Shown here: one piece after another, positions 29,716-45,222 of the stretch
Layout: each line of letters begins with the position of its first letter
Numbering within the stretch: position 1 is the stretch's first letter
From: the human T2T-CHM13v2.0 reference genome, Homo sapiens
Strand: one strand, 5' to 3'
Assembly (NCBI RefSeq): GCF_009914755.1
Contig: NC_060938.1
Length of the DNA stretch: 64,000 nt
Position numbers and translations under genes: made by a program
The notes under the pieces: model-generated
Told to the model about the DNA's origin: nothing
The model's input: only the letters and a program-made list of their open reading frames with translations
The model's database searches: none

Positions 29716-31417
29716 GGTGCAGCTTTTATGTATGTTTCATTTATTCTTTATGCTAACCTGTGATATTATTATTATTATTATTATTATTCACACTTAACAC
29801 TTAAGGAAGTGGAGGCTGTGAAAAGTTAAGTAACTTGTCCAAGCCGACTTAATCAATAAGAGGAGCTGCAGTAAAGTGGAATGAAACTGGGGCTGTGAAC
29901 ACCTAAAGAATGACCCAGGTTGTTGCTCCCCCTGAAACTTCACAAGGCCTGGGCCTCATGCAGTGCACTGCTCATTCACCCTGTGTTCCACTCTCCCAGC
30001 AAAGGAGTCCTGGTTTTGGTTTCTTTCGATGTTTACTTGGCCTCTTGCTTAAGCATTTGCCTTTCCTCCTCAATAACAGTGAAAGGACTGAAAAATAATA
30101 AAATAAAGAAAAGAAAATCCCAGGGCTGGAAACATTTTGTTTCCTACAAAAAGAATATTTTGCGGCCAGCTCTGTGGTTGAAAGTATTTTTCCTGTGGTC
30201 TAGGGATGAGTTGGATCCCATCTCTTCTTGGCCAGGGTCTGAGAACTTAGCCTGTGGCTTCCCATCGAGTCAGCACATAGCATGCTATTTTTTGAACGAG
30301 TGTCTGATGATGTTGAATGTGTTCACGAGTGGACGAATAGGTCTGTTTGGGTGTATAAGAAATGTGCGCATGTGCCTCTGACTCTTCCAGGGCAGAAGGA
30401 ACCTGGGAGTGGTTTTCCACATGCTATACATATCAACGTAGCTTTTAAGTTTTCATCACTCACATGATGACCAAAAAAATTCAGATGCTGACAAATGAGA
30501 GGAGGGTGATATGTGAGCCTTATGTGGATTTGCAAGTAATCAGAAAGCCAGGGAATCTAAGATTCCCTATCACATTTCTTTCCATTTTCAAATGGAAAAT
30601 GTCACATTTCTTTCCATTTTTCAAATGCTCAAAACCAAGACATGGGGTTGGTTTTATTATGGCAGGGTGGTCTGATGGTAATGCAGAAGATGGGAATTCT
30701 GAGAGCTGCCCCAGCTTGTCCACCTTCAGCCTTTGGGACACCAACTTTGCCTAGCCTTGAATAAGTCACTTTTTCTCAAGGACTGCATTTTCCTATATGA
30801 AAACATGAATTTGTGTTTAAAAAAAAAAAACAAAACTTTCTGCTTTCAAGAATAAAAGCTTCTCTAGTGAGGGATGAATTTTGAATATTCAAACCGAATT
30901 CATGGATAAGAAATAGTAGTGCTAGGTACCTTTTCTTTACTCATAAAGCATTATGTACTCATATTTGTATGCTTCCAGTATGACTTTGAAGTGTATATTA
31001 GTGCCTAGAACTTTTCAGCCTGTTCTCCATGGCATGGCCTTCATGATTCTATCTCTTACATTCTTGTAAAGAATGAAGAACGGGTGTTCTCTGGACTCTC
31101 ATTGCACATGGTTTTATGTTCAGTTACCTGCTGACTGCCTCCCTGTCATGCCAGCTGCAAGTCACAGCACAGTGCCTGGCACAGAGCAGATGCCCAACTT
31201 GTATTTGTTGACTTAAATAAAACTTCTCCAAAGATGACAAGCTACTGTTTGTAACTTCAGTATTCTCTTGTGCGAAGTCCTCTACATAGCTCTCCATTCA
31301 GGGACATTTCTAGAGCTCAAATCATCATGACTTCCAGGAAGAAAAGTTGTAGTCACTGGATTAGGGGGCATTGTTTGAGGAAATAAGCAAATTCCACAGG
31401 TGGAAAGAATTGTGAAT

Positions 31418-31444
31418 TGTGTGTGTGTGTGTGTGTGTGTGTGT
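31418..31444. repeat. (TG)n microsatellite
   Basis: Directly visible. Confidence 0.95.
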
Positions 31445-33315
31445 TTTGAGGTGAAAGAGGTTTAGGGAAAATTTGAAAAGCTATTGGAATGGAAATTAAA
31501 CCATCCAGAGTGTTTTATTTTAGAAGGATAGGGTTTAAGATAGACTCAGCAGTGGTGGCATTGGCCACAGGGCTGCACCTACCCTGGGATGCAGAAACTG
31601 GCCCATCCAAGTCAGCTCCATGGGAAAGAATGACCACAAAGTGATCAGGGGTCACCAGTGAGAAAAACTGGCATTTGCTGTATTTTGTCACACAGGACAG
31701 TAGAACTGTTCTCACAGTAGGAGCAGGGATGGGGTGGAGGTGGTGGTGGTGATTTTAGTAAACCAGTTTTCTGGTGATGGGGGGGCATATTTCTGTTTTT
31801 ACCCCTTAATAATGAGACAGCAACCCAAATAACAGATCCCTCAGTACACTGAAATGCCAAGGCTAAATGAACTGGTGGAACTTTGTGGCTTTGGCTCTTG
31901 GCCCACAGGCATATCCGTGCATTAGAGCCATGGCTTGGCAGTAGACAAAGCAGCTGTGTGGGTCCTCGGGGAGCTCTCTGGCTCTGTGGCTTTCTTTGAT
32001 ATGCAACTGAACTTTGGCAAATTTTTCCTCTCATGGCACTGTTTATGAGGTCCAGAGACCTTCATTATGGAACCCAATGCCAACAGCAAACTAGAACTAC
32101 AGGATGTCTTCCCACATTCACACTCTGCTTGCAGGCTGAAGAGTTAGCCCACAAGGCTTTCAACAAAGGGACAATTTAGGGGAAGAGACTGCAGAATTCT
32201 CTTCTCAGCTTCACATGGCTGTAAACCCATAGGATTGGCCAGACCTCTTAAACTTTCTTTCCTTCAGAAGGAAAAGATCTCTTACTTAAAAATGATTCTG
32301 TATAAGATTACTAATTTACTGATTTCCAATTCAATAGTATTTAAAAACAACAACGACAGTAACAATAATAGCTAGCATTCATCAAGTACTTGACCATTTG
32401 CTAAGTACTAAAGTGCTGTGCATGTATTAATAAAAATGCATTTATTATCAACATCTTTGTAAGGTAAGTACTATTATCCCCATTTTATACATGAAGAAAC
32501 TCAATCCCAAAGAGATTAATTGTTAGTTGTTATTGGTCTTAATAATTATTCACCAATTTAAGGTATAATCCTGCAGATATAGCTTATAATTGACTGGCTT
32601 TCCTGAACCCCACCTTCCTCAGTCTATGACACTGGGCCACAGATACTAAAATAATTAAAATTATCATTCTTAATTGTTAACCCACCTCAAACTGTAACTG
32701 GGTCTTGATGAGTTTCAAGTAGTATCATCCTTATATTGGGAAATCTATAATTAAGACTTTTCTAAAGTCATGAGCAGGTATACAGAAAGTGATTGACTTG
32801 GTGAATGAGAGGGATCAACTATCCTCCAGAGCTTGTACAGTAGAGTGGAAACAAATGTGGTGTTGGACTGAGAACGGTTTAAGGTATTGGAGGCAATGAT
32901 TCTGTTCAAGTGCCAAGATTAAACCAATAGACTCTAGAGGGTCTCAAAAGTGAGGCTACATGTCATGGTTTGACGTCTAAATTATAGCTATGCAACTTTC
33001 TTTCCTACCCATTTCTACTGTATCCTCTGTGCTTTCTATAATAGCCGCTCCAGGGAATGCTGATAATAACATTATCGGCTGCCATTTTTATGCCAGGCAC
33101 ATGATAAGAGCTATACAAACATCATCTTTATAATATGCTGTGAGGTGGGTTTTTACAATAACACTGTGAAGTGGGTATTACTACCCTGAATTTACAGATG
33201 GAAGAAATGGGCTATGGAGATTATGAAGTGCTCTGAAGTTAAAACAACTAGTAAATGGTAGAAAAGAGACTCTGAAGTGACTTGTAGCTACTAGTTTGTC
33301 TTGCCTCATAAACAA

Positions 33316-33900
33316 TGTGATAGACATCTGGTATTTCTGCTTGCCCTTGATCTCTTACCCCTTCTCTCATACCTACACTATGATTTTCCTGTAAGGAAAC
33401 ATGCCTCTTCAATTTTTTTCAGCCTATGTTGTCTAGTTAGGGCTGAGGGCTGATTGTACCCACTGGGTTCATGTCTGACCAATGGAAGGATCACATTTCC
33501 TTTCTACAGAGATTGGTTTGCAATAGTTGGTTAACCCAAGCTAAGTTGAATAGAGTAAGCCCAGAATTTTGCTGAACAATAAGAGTTGCTAAATTGGTAG
33601 GATATAAGCCTGGAGCTCCTTGTGGCTGTCTTTGCCACCATATGAAGGAACTCACCTCAGAATGACAATAAATCAACGTAGAGAAAAACAAGAGATTGAG
33701 AGAATGTTCCAGGTGGAAGGAGGAATTGAATAATTGAATTAATATAAGATTATGAGGCCATCATCTGAGGCCCTGGATCCAACTGTGCCTCAGGTCAGTT
33801 ACTCCTGACATTCCAGTTAAGTGAGCCAATAAATTCCCTTTTTTGTTTGGTCTCAATCACATCTCTGTTACTTGCAACAGAAAGAATACTAAATAATACA
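33316..33900 (+). mobile_element. MLT1K/L-like MaLR solo LTR
   Basis: ggccctggatccaactgtgcct...cagttaagtgagccaataaattccct...tctgttacttgcaacagaaaga...aataca; TG...CA ends. Confidence 0.75.
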
Positions 33901-33907
33901 CATATTA

Positions 33908-34206
33908 AGCTGGGTGCGGTGGCTCATGCCTGTAATCCCAGCACTTTAGGAGGCCGAGGCGGGCGGATCACCTGCAGTCAGGAGTTCGAGACCAGCCTGA
34001 CCAACGTGGTCTACTAAACCCATCTCTACTAAAAATACAAAATTAGCCGGGCGTGGTGGCACATGCCTGTAATTCCAGCTACTCGGGAGGCTGAGGCAGG
34101 AGAATCACTTGACCCAGGAGGCAGAGGTTGTGGTGAGCCAGGATTGTGCTACTGCACTCCAGCCTGGGCAACAAGAGTGAAACTCCATCTCAATAAAAAT
34201 AATAAT
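33908..34206 (+). mobile_element. AluSp-like SINE
   Basis: gaggttgtggtgagc, gcaacaagagtgaaactcc; TSD aataatacacatatta at 33892-33907 and 34207-34222. Confidence 0.95.
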
Positions 34207-34468
34207 AATAATACACATATTAGATCCTCATAGTTACATACAAATGTGGGCCAGAAAATTCTAATAATGAGAACCTGTATTGTTAAGTTAAAGAGTTTAT
34301 TCCCCCATTAAGTAGAGATAATTTCTGATTACTTAGGTCTACTTTCCTGGTTCCTATATTATTCCATTCCTTTTCTTTTCCTCTTCCATCTTATGCATTT
34401 GCTGTTCTTCTTCCTAGTTTCCTTTTGGCCTTTTTATTATTCACCTCCACCACAGTAGAGAGAAAAAA

Positions 34469-34657
34469 AAAAGCATGAAACTTACAATAAACAGCTTTTC
34501 TGGCTTATAAGGCTCTTTGAAAAGTTTCAGATGAAGAGTAAGTTAAAAAATATTAACTAAAAAGCATTAAACTTACAATAAACAGCTTTTCTGGCTTATA
34601 AGGCTCTTTGAAAAGTTTCAGATGAAGAGTAAGTTAAAAAATATTAACTTAAAAGCA
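34469..34657. repeat. 91-bp tandem duplication
   Basis: Two near-identical copies of aaaagcat.aaacttacaataaacagc...aaaaaatattaact, period 91. Confidence 0.97.
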
Positions 34658-37178
34658 ATTACGAAATCATTTTTGGGTTTTAGTTAGCCATTCTATCCAT
34701 GACCTTTTTTTTTTTAAACCACATATTAAGCTTGATGAAAGTCCTTGATGTCATTGCTTCCACGACAAAAATACAACCTTTTCTGGGTTAGTTTCCCTTA
34801 ATCATTAATGATGAGCTGTAAAATATTCTTTCCAGTTCAAAAGTGGCATCAAATAAGTAACTAAGATGAAATTAGTAATAATTTTGGAAATGTGGTCATT
34901 TAGCAAGCTGATATTTACTGAACATCTACTGTGTACTAGGTTAGGCTCTGGAAAAAGCAAAGATGAATAAAACATAATTTTCAAAATCTAGCTGGATCGG
35001 CAAGTCTGAATTGGGAGTGAGCAGGAGGGGCAGAGGTGAGGGCTGAGCCTGGAGCAGCCAGTTGGCCCATACTGAGGAGGACCTTCCAAAGGCTTTGGAA
35101 AGTAGATACTATAGGGAGCTGAGGATGGTCTTCAAGAAGTGAAAAATGTGCTAATCCACTGGGGAGAGCTTACGGGTTATATACAAGGGTGTTATTTGTC
35201 TGACAGAGAAAACTCACTTTAAGATTACATGAATATATGATCCATATAGTCTACCAGGACATCTCTTTTATATATTGACCAGAATAATCTGAGAAAGCTG
35301 GAAGTACAGGCATTTAAGCCACTAAAGCTGTGGACTACAGTTCACCCTAAGCAAGGAAGCGAGTGTTTTTTAACATGTCATCTCCTGGATTCCCGAGGCT
35401 TTCTGGGTTAGCTCAAACCTGGGCCATTTAGCTTCTTATGGGCAGGGACCTCATCATGTTCATCTTTGCTTTCCCTAATGTCTAAGCCAGTACTTGGAAC
35501 ATAGGAGGTACTCAGTAAATATTTGTTGAATTAATATAACATTAAATAAATCATTCAGTTCTGAGTAGTCATTGTTTATACTTGCTGTAAATATGGTTTT
35601 ATGTAATTTCCAAGTGTGTCTGCCCTTTTTAGGTCCTGTATTTTCATTTTGGCATAGTCTGCTTTCAGTGACACCCAGCTAGAATTTGCCTGCTAAACAG
35701 AAAATCTCTGGTGACACCGAATTGCATATCCTGGCTTGATTGCTGATGGAGAATGGCAGAGCACACACTCTTATCTTTAGCTTGACTTTCCATGTATAAG
35801 AGAGGGGATGTTTTTGTTTGTTTATTCTGAAATGGAAAACAAAAAAGTAATGCATGCTAGTTGTGAAAAAAAAATCAAGCAATATAGTAGGAGGGAAAAT
35901 CCTCTAATGGTATATAATCTTCTAGGCTTTTTCTATGCATATATCAAAATATTTATGTACTCACCATATATAATGTTATATAAACTACTTTAAAATTAAT
36001 CCACACATTATGGATAATTTTTCATGTAAATATACATATTACTAACCGTTTTTCATAGCAGCATAGTATTCATGGTATGGATATACAGGAATGCAGTTAA
36101 GAGGATAACATAAAAATGAACGAAATGTTGTGTTCCTTAAAAACTCATATCAGGAAAATCTAAAGTATTTTCATTTCTAATTATTTTTAAAAAACAACAA
36201 AACTTTGTTTCAAACCAAAGAGGTAGCAATATAGCTTCATTTCAGAAATTGCTAACTCCGTGCATGAATATTGTAGCCGTGCTTTGCTTCATCATTAACC
36301 TTCTCTAATTCTTCTACCTAGGGACCCCAAAGAGCATGGTAAACATTTTACAAAGTCTCCTTAAAGATGCTGGTCTGGACTGAATGGATCTTTAAATCTA
36401 ACTGTTTTTAAATGTCTTTTAGTAAGGCCCACCTTAATTGAGCTTTTTTCTTAAGATCCTGATTTTAAAGGGGTGGATGGCTCAGAAAACTGCTCCAGAT
36501 CACCAAATAAAAAATCAAGTTCTGAACAGTGAGACACCTTTAGGCCCATCCCCCCAGCTGTCCCCAAGATCACACTCCTTCATCATGTGTCTCCTGAGAG
36601 TCAGAGATCCTGCAGCTGTGCCTGAGGAGGACTGAGGTCTCCAGGCTCTTGTATTGCTAAACCTAGTTTTTGTTTTTGTTTTGTTTCCATTCTCTTTTTT
36701 CTTGCCTTTTTTTCCTCTGTGGTGTCTCATTTCTCCTAGAGTCCCGGCTGACTCCCCTGGGGATGAATCTGCCTGCCTGTGCATACAGGAATCCACAGTG
36801 TCATTAGGGTAGTTATCTCTAATTTATTCTTCCTCCTTGTGATTAGAAGAACTCGGTCTGAATATTGAAGAAAACTCATGTGGGCTCTTGTCTTTGTGAT
36901 AAAAGCTTCTGTCCCATAGTAATTAGGCAGAGCTCTAGTTTACTTCTAAAACATGATTAACTCCTTGGAAAGGAGGGGAAAAAACGGAAAGTTATTTAAG
37001 ATGGGTACCCTAGGGGAACAAAGGAGAGGCTTTTCCCATTGTTATGCCTCCTAATTAGGCCAAGCCCAAGGTTGCTGTGTGTCATTCCAGGAGGCAGTGG
37101 CCTGCCTGGTAGGCGGATAGGAGCAGAGGGGTGACAGAATGAAGCTGACATCAGAAAGGCCCAAAAAGAGCTTAGGGC

Positions 37179-37650
<472 letters not shown>

Positions 37651-39669
37651 TGACTCTCTGTTTTGCTTGACTTGTTTATGGTGAACATGTGGTATTTACA
37701 TAATCAGAAAAACATAAAGCCATATTCATAGTGTACCAACCGGGAAAGAGAGAGAAAAATTAATTGTTTGTTGGGACTGGCAAATAGTCTCACAGTGTAG
37801 TCAAGTCAACATTAACAGTAAGAAGGGTATATGGGATTATGAAACTGTAAAAGGCCCCTGAGGATTCTGAGCAGAGTTCATTCTTAGCATGACTGTGGGG
37901 GCTCAGTGCCAGGCCATGCTGCACCCCACAGAGGGCCCTGTCCAGACTTCTCAGCACAGGGAATGCCTCATATTGGACAGTTTTTGACTCCTGTGATGGT
38001 CAGTATTCTCAGCTTCAGGGCCCTCTGTTTCAGGCAAGATAACCTATTCACTCATTCTATAGAATGCTCAGCCTGATGGTATGTGTGTTAAGTAGGTAGA
38101 CTGCCTGGAAACACAGATTGAGCACCAACAAATGATTCTAATGAGAATTTTAGAATTTTAAACTCCTTATATATCCAGTCTGGTTGCTATCAAGCTCTTC
38201 CTACCAAGTTCTTTCTGAGATCCTTCTGGTGCCTATACCTGTTTCTTGAATTATTTCAGTCTGTGAGCTTATTTCTATGAATTAAAGATACCTTAATTCC
38301 CTTATAATAGTTGATAAGTGAGTCATTCTATGGTTATATATAGTGTAAGATTTAGAAACATTCACATTAAAAATATTGAAAATACAAAAGACGAAGCTGA
38401 CAGGTTCCTGGTTATACCCTGACAGCACTGGGGAGAGTTATTGTATAAAGTTCTAGCTCTCCTCCATCTTACTGAAACTAATTTCGTTTGTGCTTAAAGG
38501 AAAAGACAGGAAGGGTGCCCTGTTGTCTCTCTGTTACACTCTTCAACTCATCTGAAATCCTGTCTTGTGTTTTCTTCTTGTCCTTTGCCCTTGCATTTGC
38601 TGGAGGAGGACTTTAGGGAAATAGTAAGAATGCTGCGGTAACAGAGAGAATTAATTTGACCGTGCTCTGAAGAAAGAGCATGTTGATTTCTCACTAGAAT
38701 TGGTTCCTCCACCCATCAGAGCAGGGCCAGGGATGTGGTACATTACACAAACCAGTCCCATTTGACCAGCTGTTTTTGGATGTGTCAAGCCCAGATTTCA
38801 GCCCCTTTACATAGAAACATGTTGCCTTCCTTGAATGGGTTCCTGTGAGACTAAAGAAAGTCCCGTGTGGTCCAAGCATGATGTAACAGGGATGTGTGCT
38901 TCAGAATTCAAGACACACCCTCTGAGTTCCTGGCATCTTTTTACTATAGTAATCACACAGCCATAGTCTTCCTTCTGTGACCCTTGAAGGCCAGAGCTGC
39001 CTTGCCTCTGCTGCATTTTCTAATGGGCCTGGACAGGAGGACCCAGCTCTGTTTCTTATGGGTCTTGTGGATGGCGCTGGGAAATCAGGCTTGCCTAACT
39101 GGATATACAGAGCTTAGCATTAACAGCTGGACAGAGCTCTTGTGCATCTTGTTTTTTTTGGTTATTTAAATACTCCTGATTTAGGGTGGAGAAAGGGAAT
39201 GGATTTCTGTTGCTTGAAATTCCTTGCGACAGTATTTGTTTGCTTTAATTGGCGCTAGATTGAAGTTACCAAATTCAGATGATGATGAAACCAGTTCACA
39301 CTTATTTGAAAATTGAAATTGGTGATACTTATGTTAACTTTTGATTTTTTAAAAAAACAATAAAAAATAAAATTTAAATGTAGTATTTGATGGCGATGAG
39401 CTTACTGACAATAAAGTCAATTCTCACTTCCTTCAGCATACCCAATGGTAATATTAAACAAATGGTAACATTAACAATTTTAGAAATGGTTAGAAATATG
39501 TACAGTTCTGTAGCATGTGTGTGAAGTTGTACATTAGCCTTGCACACATAGGCACTCTCACATGGACAGCAAGGAAAGGCAGACCATTGAACTAACTCTT
39601 TAGCCTTTAAAATGGGGCAAGTTACTAACTTTTCTGCAATTTTTATCCCCATAAGATTCTCTCATCATA

Positions 39670-39880
39670 GTGGAAAGAAACTAATATTTCTCAGGTTCCT
39701 ATGACGTACCGCATTTTTCACTAATTTCTTTCATCTCTTTAATCCTCACAATAAGCCTATGAGATGAGTGCTATTGTGTTCATTTTAGAGATGAGGAAAG
39801 TAAGTCTTGAAGAGGTTAGAGTACCCAAAATCATATAGCCAAGATTTGAAGCCATGCTTGACCAGATCTAAGGTGTGTTA
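39670..39880 (-). mobile_element. MIR SINE
   Basis: tttaatcctcacaataagcctatgagatgagtgctatt...cattttagagatgaggaaa is the antisense MIR core. Confidence 0.7.
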
Positions 39881-40389
39881 CATTTTGTAATAATGATGAT
39901 TGTACTTGACCCCAAGCCTCCTTTTTTTAGCCCCCTATAACCATGACTTGATAATAGCTAAAAAATTGTATTGAGTAGCCTTAAGAGGAGCTATTTGGTA
40001 CATATTCACATGTGGGATGTGTGTGTGTGTGCACATGTGTGTGTATGTGCATAACCCTCAAACTGATATTAAGATAATGTTACTAAATCACTACCTAATT
40101 GGAGATAGAAAAACTAAAGTTCACAAAGAGTGCCTGCACTTTAATGTGGAGGTTTGACCACATATGTATATTCTTTCTCATGATTCATTTGAAATTATGT
40201 CTGTATGATAAACTAATAAAGTTAATCCAAAAAGACAAAGAGAGCATGAATCTTTTTGAGATATCAACAGGCTTCAGCAAATAATAGAACACATGAAGTG
40301 ATACAAGATTGGCAAGAAAGAACAGAGACACTTTTGTGCCCTCAAAGTAGTGTAGCAGTAGAACACTTGAGAGATTTCTTCAGGACTTA

Positions 40390-41075
40390 GAAGAACCAGA
40401 TATCATAGAAGACAGAAGAGACAAAAACAGCAGATTGGTTTAAAATTGTATATGAAATATATGAAGTAGCTGAACCCCCTTTTTCACCCTGGAAAGCTAA
40501 GTGACAAGTCTCCAACCCAGGATAAAAGCCATAATTTATCTTTGGAGAAAGACTTGGGACTCTAGACAAAGCATAGGACAAAAATGGGCATTTTATTAAA
40601 ACAGGGGATTATGCCTGCCAGATGGTGAGTCTACAGCCCCTTTCTCTGCCCTGCTTCTAGAATGTAGCAACCAAACAAGAGATTTTTATAAATATCAATC
40701 CACCTCTGAGAAGGTATCTCCAGTTATTGACTCTACAGTGGATCCCACCGTTTACAAATGCTGTGTATATACATGGTGCTTTTAACTGTATTTTTAGTAA
40801 AAAAATATTTTATGTTTTAAATATGATTGAAAACCAAGGATCACCAGACTTTGGAAAATGCCTCTCATAGCAAGGAGAGAAGAAAATAGAGATAATGTGA
40901 GACTCAAAAGAAAACTTAAAGTATAATTAATTTCCTCAGAGAGTTAAAGATGACATAAGAACAAGAATAGGAAGCACTGAATTAGAAGTGGTCAGAAGAC
41001 AAGGAAGAGCACCTGGAAATTAATAATATAATAGGTGACAGATTCAATTAAAGAGCTAGAAGATAATACAAAAGT
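40390..41075 (+). mobile_element. HAL1-like ancient L1-related element
   Basis: ccaaggatcaccagac...cctcagagag...aacaagaatagga...gagcacctggaaattaataatataata...attcaattaaagagctagaagataa resembles the HAL1 ORF start. Confidence 0.55.
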
Positions 41076-42404
41076 GAAATCATTTGCTGTTTTCAATTTT
41101 ATGTGTAAACATTAAGTTGATTAAAAGATCAGTTGTCTAGTGCTGTGAAAACTTTTAAAACAGAAAAAGGAGGAGTCAAAATTGAATAGGGGGAGATAAC
41201 CAAGATAGATACTGAATCAGGATGTTTACATTTTGGCTTAGGAGACTCAATTTTCAGCATAGTGGAATAAGGCACTCCCAAACTCTACACCTCCATAAAA
41301 GTAACAAGAACATTGACAAAAACTTAAAAAAAACTTCTTCAGAATTCTGGAAATTAAATAAAGGCTCACAACAGTCTGAGGAGTGTTTATTTGAGAAAAA
41401 AAACAAGTGACTCTCAGGAAGAACAGCAAGACTTGTGGAATTTTAACTTGCCCTAATTCCATTCTCCTTTCATCAGTGCTACAGTAACCTTGCACACCAA
41501 CAATCTTTATTTGTGGCATCTTTGAAAGCCAGCATGGTAGCAGCCACTGGAGAGGATAGAACAGGTTTGGAGCACCTTAAAAACCCCATCCCAGAGAATT
41601 GCTATTATTTGACCTGTCCAACAGCATGCTAAAAAGCTCCATTCTCAGGGCTTGTCTTTATTTGACTTAGATTCAGAACTTGGCCTGTGTGAACAGCACT
41701 ATCCACAGAGCATTTGTCAAAAACAGCCAGTGGTAATTGCTCACCATCATGGCTGCCCAAGGCTCCATTACCAGGTAGTGCCAACAAGAGGCTGACCAAA
41801 AAATACAAAAGGAAAATCTGGGGGAATGAGATAGCTACAGTGGGTTTTATAAAGCTCCTACATACACCAGGAATCTAGAGGGCCACATAGATATCCAGGG
41901 CTTTGTAAGAGCTGAGAAAACCTGAAGATCTCACTTCCAGCTGACCTTGAGGCTGTGTGCAAGAAGGAAGTGAAGAATGAAACAGAGTTATATGGCTTGA
42001 TGGAGTATTGAATGCATGCCCCAACATACACACACACAGGCTGAAAGATTTACTGATTCACAGCATTTAAGGAAATCTGTCATGTCATTAGTGGACCACG
42101 AAGTGGCTTCATGTATAAGGGACCTTCAATAAAATTAACTGACTGACTTCTCATCAGAAACCACAGAAGCCAGAAGGTAATTGAATAACATATTCAAACT
42201 GTTGAAACAAAAAGATTGTCAATCCAGAATTCTATATCCAGCAATATTATCCTTCAAAACTGAAGGAGAAATTAAGACATTTCCAGAGAAAACAAAATAT
42301 AAGAGAAACACCTGCCATACAGAAAATACTACAAAGAATTCTTCAGGCTGAAATGAAAGGACACTAGAGAGTAACTCAAATCAGTATGAAAAAGTAAAGT
42401 GTGT

Positions 42405-42834
<430 letters not shown>

Positions 42835-43834
42835 TTATAAAACTGTGTAGATGGGCTTATAATGTATAAAGATGTAATTTGTATGACAATAGTACAAGGA
42901 AGGGGAAGAGAATAGAGCTATATTGATGCACATTTTTTGCAAACAATTGAAATTAAGGTGGTATCAATCTGAACTAGTTTTAAGTTAAAATGTTAATGGC
43001 AATCCTCAGGGCAGCCTCTAAGAAAATAACTCAAAAATGCATAGTGGAAGAAACAACAAGAGAGTTAAAATTGTACACTAGAAAAATACCTAACACAAAG
43101 AATGCAGTAATGACAGAAGATAGTAATGGCAAAACAGAGGAACAAAAAGGAAATACACACAGAAAACAAATAGCAAAATGGCAGGCATATATCCTACTTT
43201 ATCAATAATTACATTAAACGTGAGTTGATTAATGCTCCAACCAAAAGGCAGAGATTGACAGAATAATTTTTTTTAAAAACAACATGATCCAACTATATAT
43301 GCTGTCTACAGGAGACACACTTTGAGTCAGACACAAATAGGTTGAAAGTAAAAAGATGGAAAAATACATGTCATGCAAACAGTAAAGAAAGCTGGAATGG
43401 CTATGCTACTATCAGACAGATTAGACTGTAAGACAAAAATCATTACTGGAAACAAAAAAAGAGACATTTTATAATTATAAAAGGATTGCTCCATCAGGAA
43501 GACATAACTATAAATGTATGTGCACCTAACACCTATGCCCCAAGATACATGAAGCAAAAACTAATAGAATTGAAGGGAGAAATAGAAATTCAATGATAAT
43601 AGCTGGAGGCTTCAATACCCCACTTTCAATAATGGATAGGACAACTGGACAGAAGTTCAGCAAAGAAATAGAAGACTCAAACAATACTCTATGCCAACTA
43701 GACCTCAAAGGCATCTATAGAACACTCTAAACAACAGCAGATACATGTTCTTCTCAAGTATAAATTAGACTACAAGTTGAGCCTCAATAAATTTAAAAGA
43801 TTGAAATCATACAAACTTCTCCAATCACAATGGA

Positions 43835-44174
<340 letters not shown>

Positions 44175-44534
44175 CTGGGATGAAATCGATAATCAGTAAC
44201 AAAAGGAAAATTTGGAAATTCTCAGTTCTGTGCAAATTTAAAAACACACACAGACACACCCCTAAATAAGCAATAGTTCAAAGAATAAATCACAAGAGAA
44301 ATTAGAAATGAGTGAAAATGAAAACAAAAATACAACATATCAAAGCTTATGTGGTGTAGTTAAAGCAGTAGTTATAGGGAAATATACAGTTTAAATGCTT
44401 ATGTTAAAAAATTATTGCATGTATATTATACCTAAATAAAGCTGATATTAATGTAGAAAGAATTGGTGGCCCATATTTTTGACTGTATAAATTTGCATAC
44501 TACCATATATTTGTAGTTGATAAGTTTTCTCTGA

Positions 44535-44874
<340 letters not shown>

Positions 44875-45118
44875 CTAGGAATTATTAACACTTTCAAACC
44901 ACATGTAAAGTTCACTGAAAAAAAAAAAAAAACCAACATGGTTTTTAAATTGTGTTAATAAATATTAAGCTTGTAGTTAACTATATGCATGCTAAAGTAG
45001 TTAGAGAAAAGTGTACTGATGTTTGCAATTTACTTTGAAATGTAATAACAACCAGAACAAAAAATAAGATGGGTTGATAGATAAATAGATATGTGCTAAA
45101 AAACAAGTGTAATAAAAT

Positions 45119-45222
45119 TATTTTGGTCTTTTTGTTTCCGTTTTTTGAGACAGGGCCTTGGTCTGTCACCCAGGCTGGAGAGCTAATCATAGCTCATTAC
45201 AACCTCAAATTCCTGGGTTCAA
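45119..45222 (-). mobile_element. 5'-truncated AluJ/FRAM fragment inside an L1ME-type 3' end (~44950-45335)
   Basis: gagacagggccttggtctgtcacccaggctgg...atcatagctcattacaacctc; TSD gtaataaaat at 45109-45118 and 45223-45232. Confidence 0.8.

Noticed and set aside
31332-31340. Isolated GAS motifs (also 57262 and 61446)
   Set aside because: Single TTCN3GAA sites are expected many times in 64 kb; no clustering
36300-36345. Possible micro-exon (pyrimidine tract-ctag/...atg/gtaaac)
   Set aside because: Splice-like signals alone are not sufficient; no partner exons or recognisable peptide
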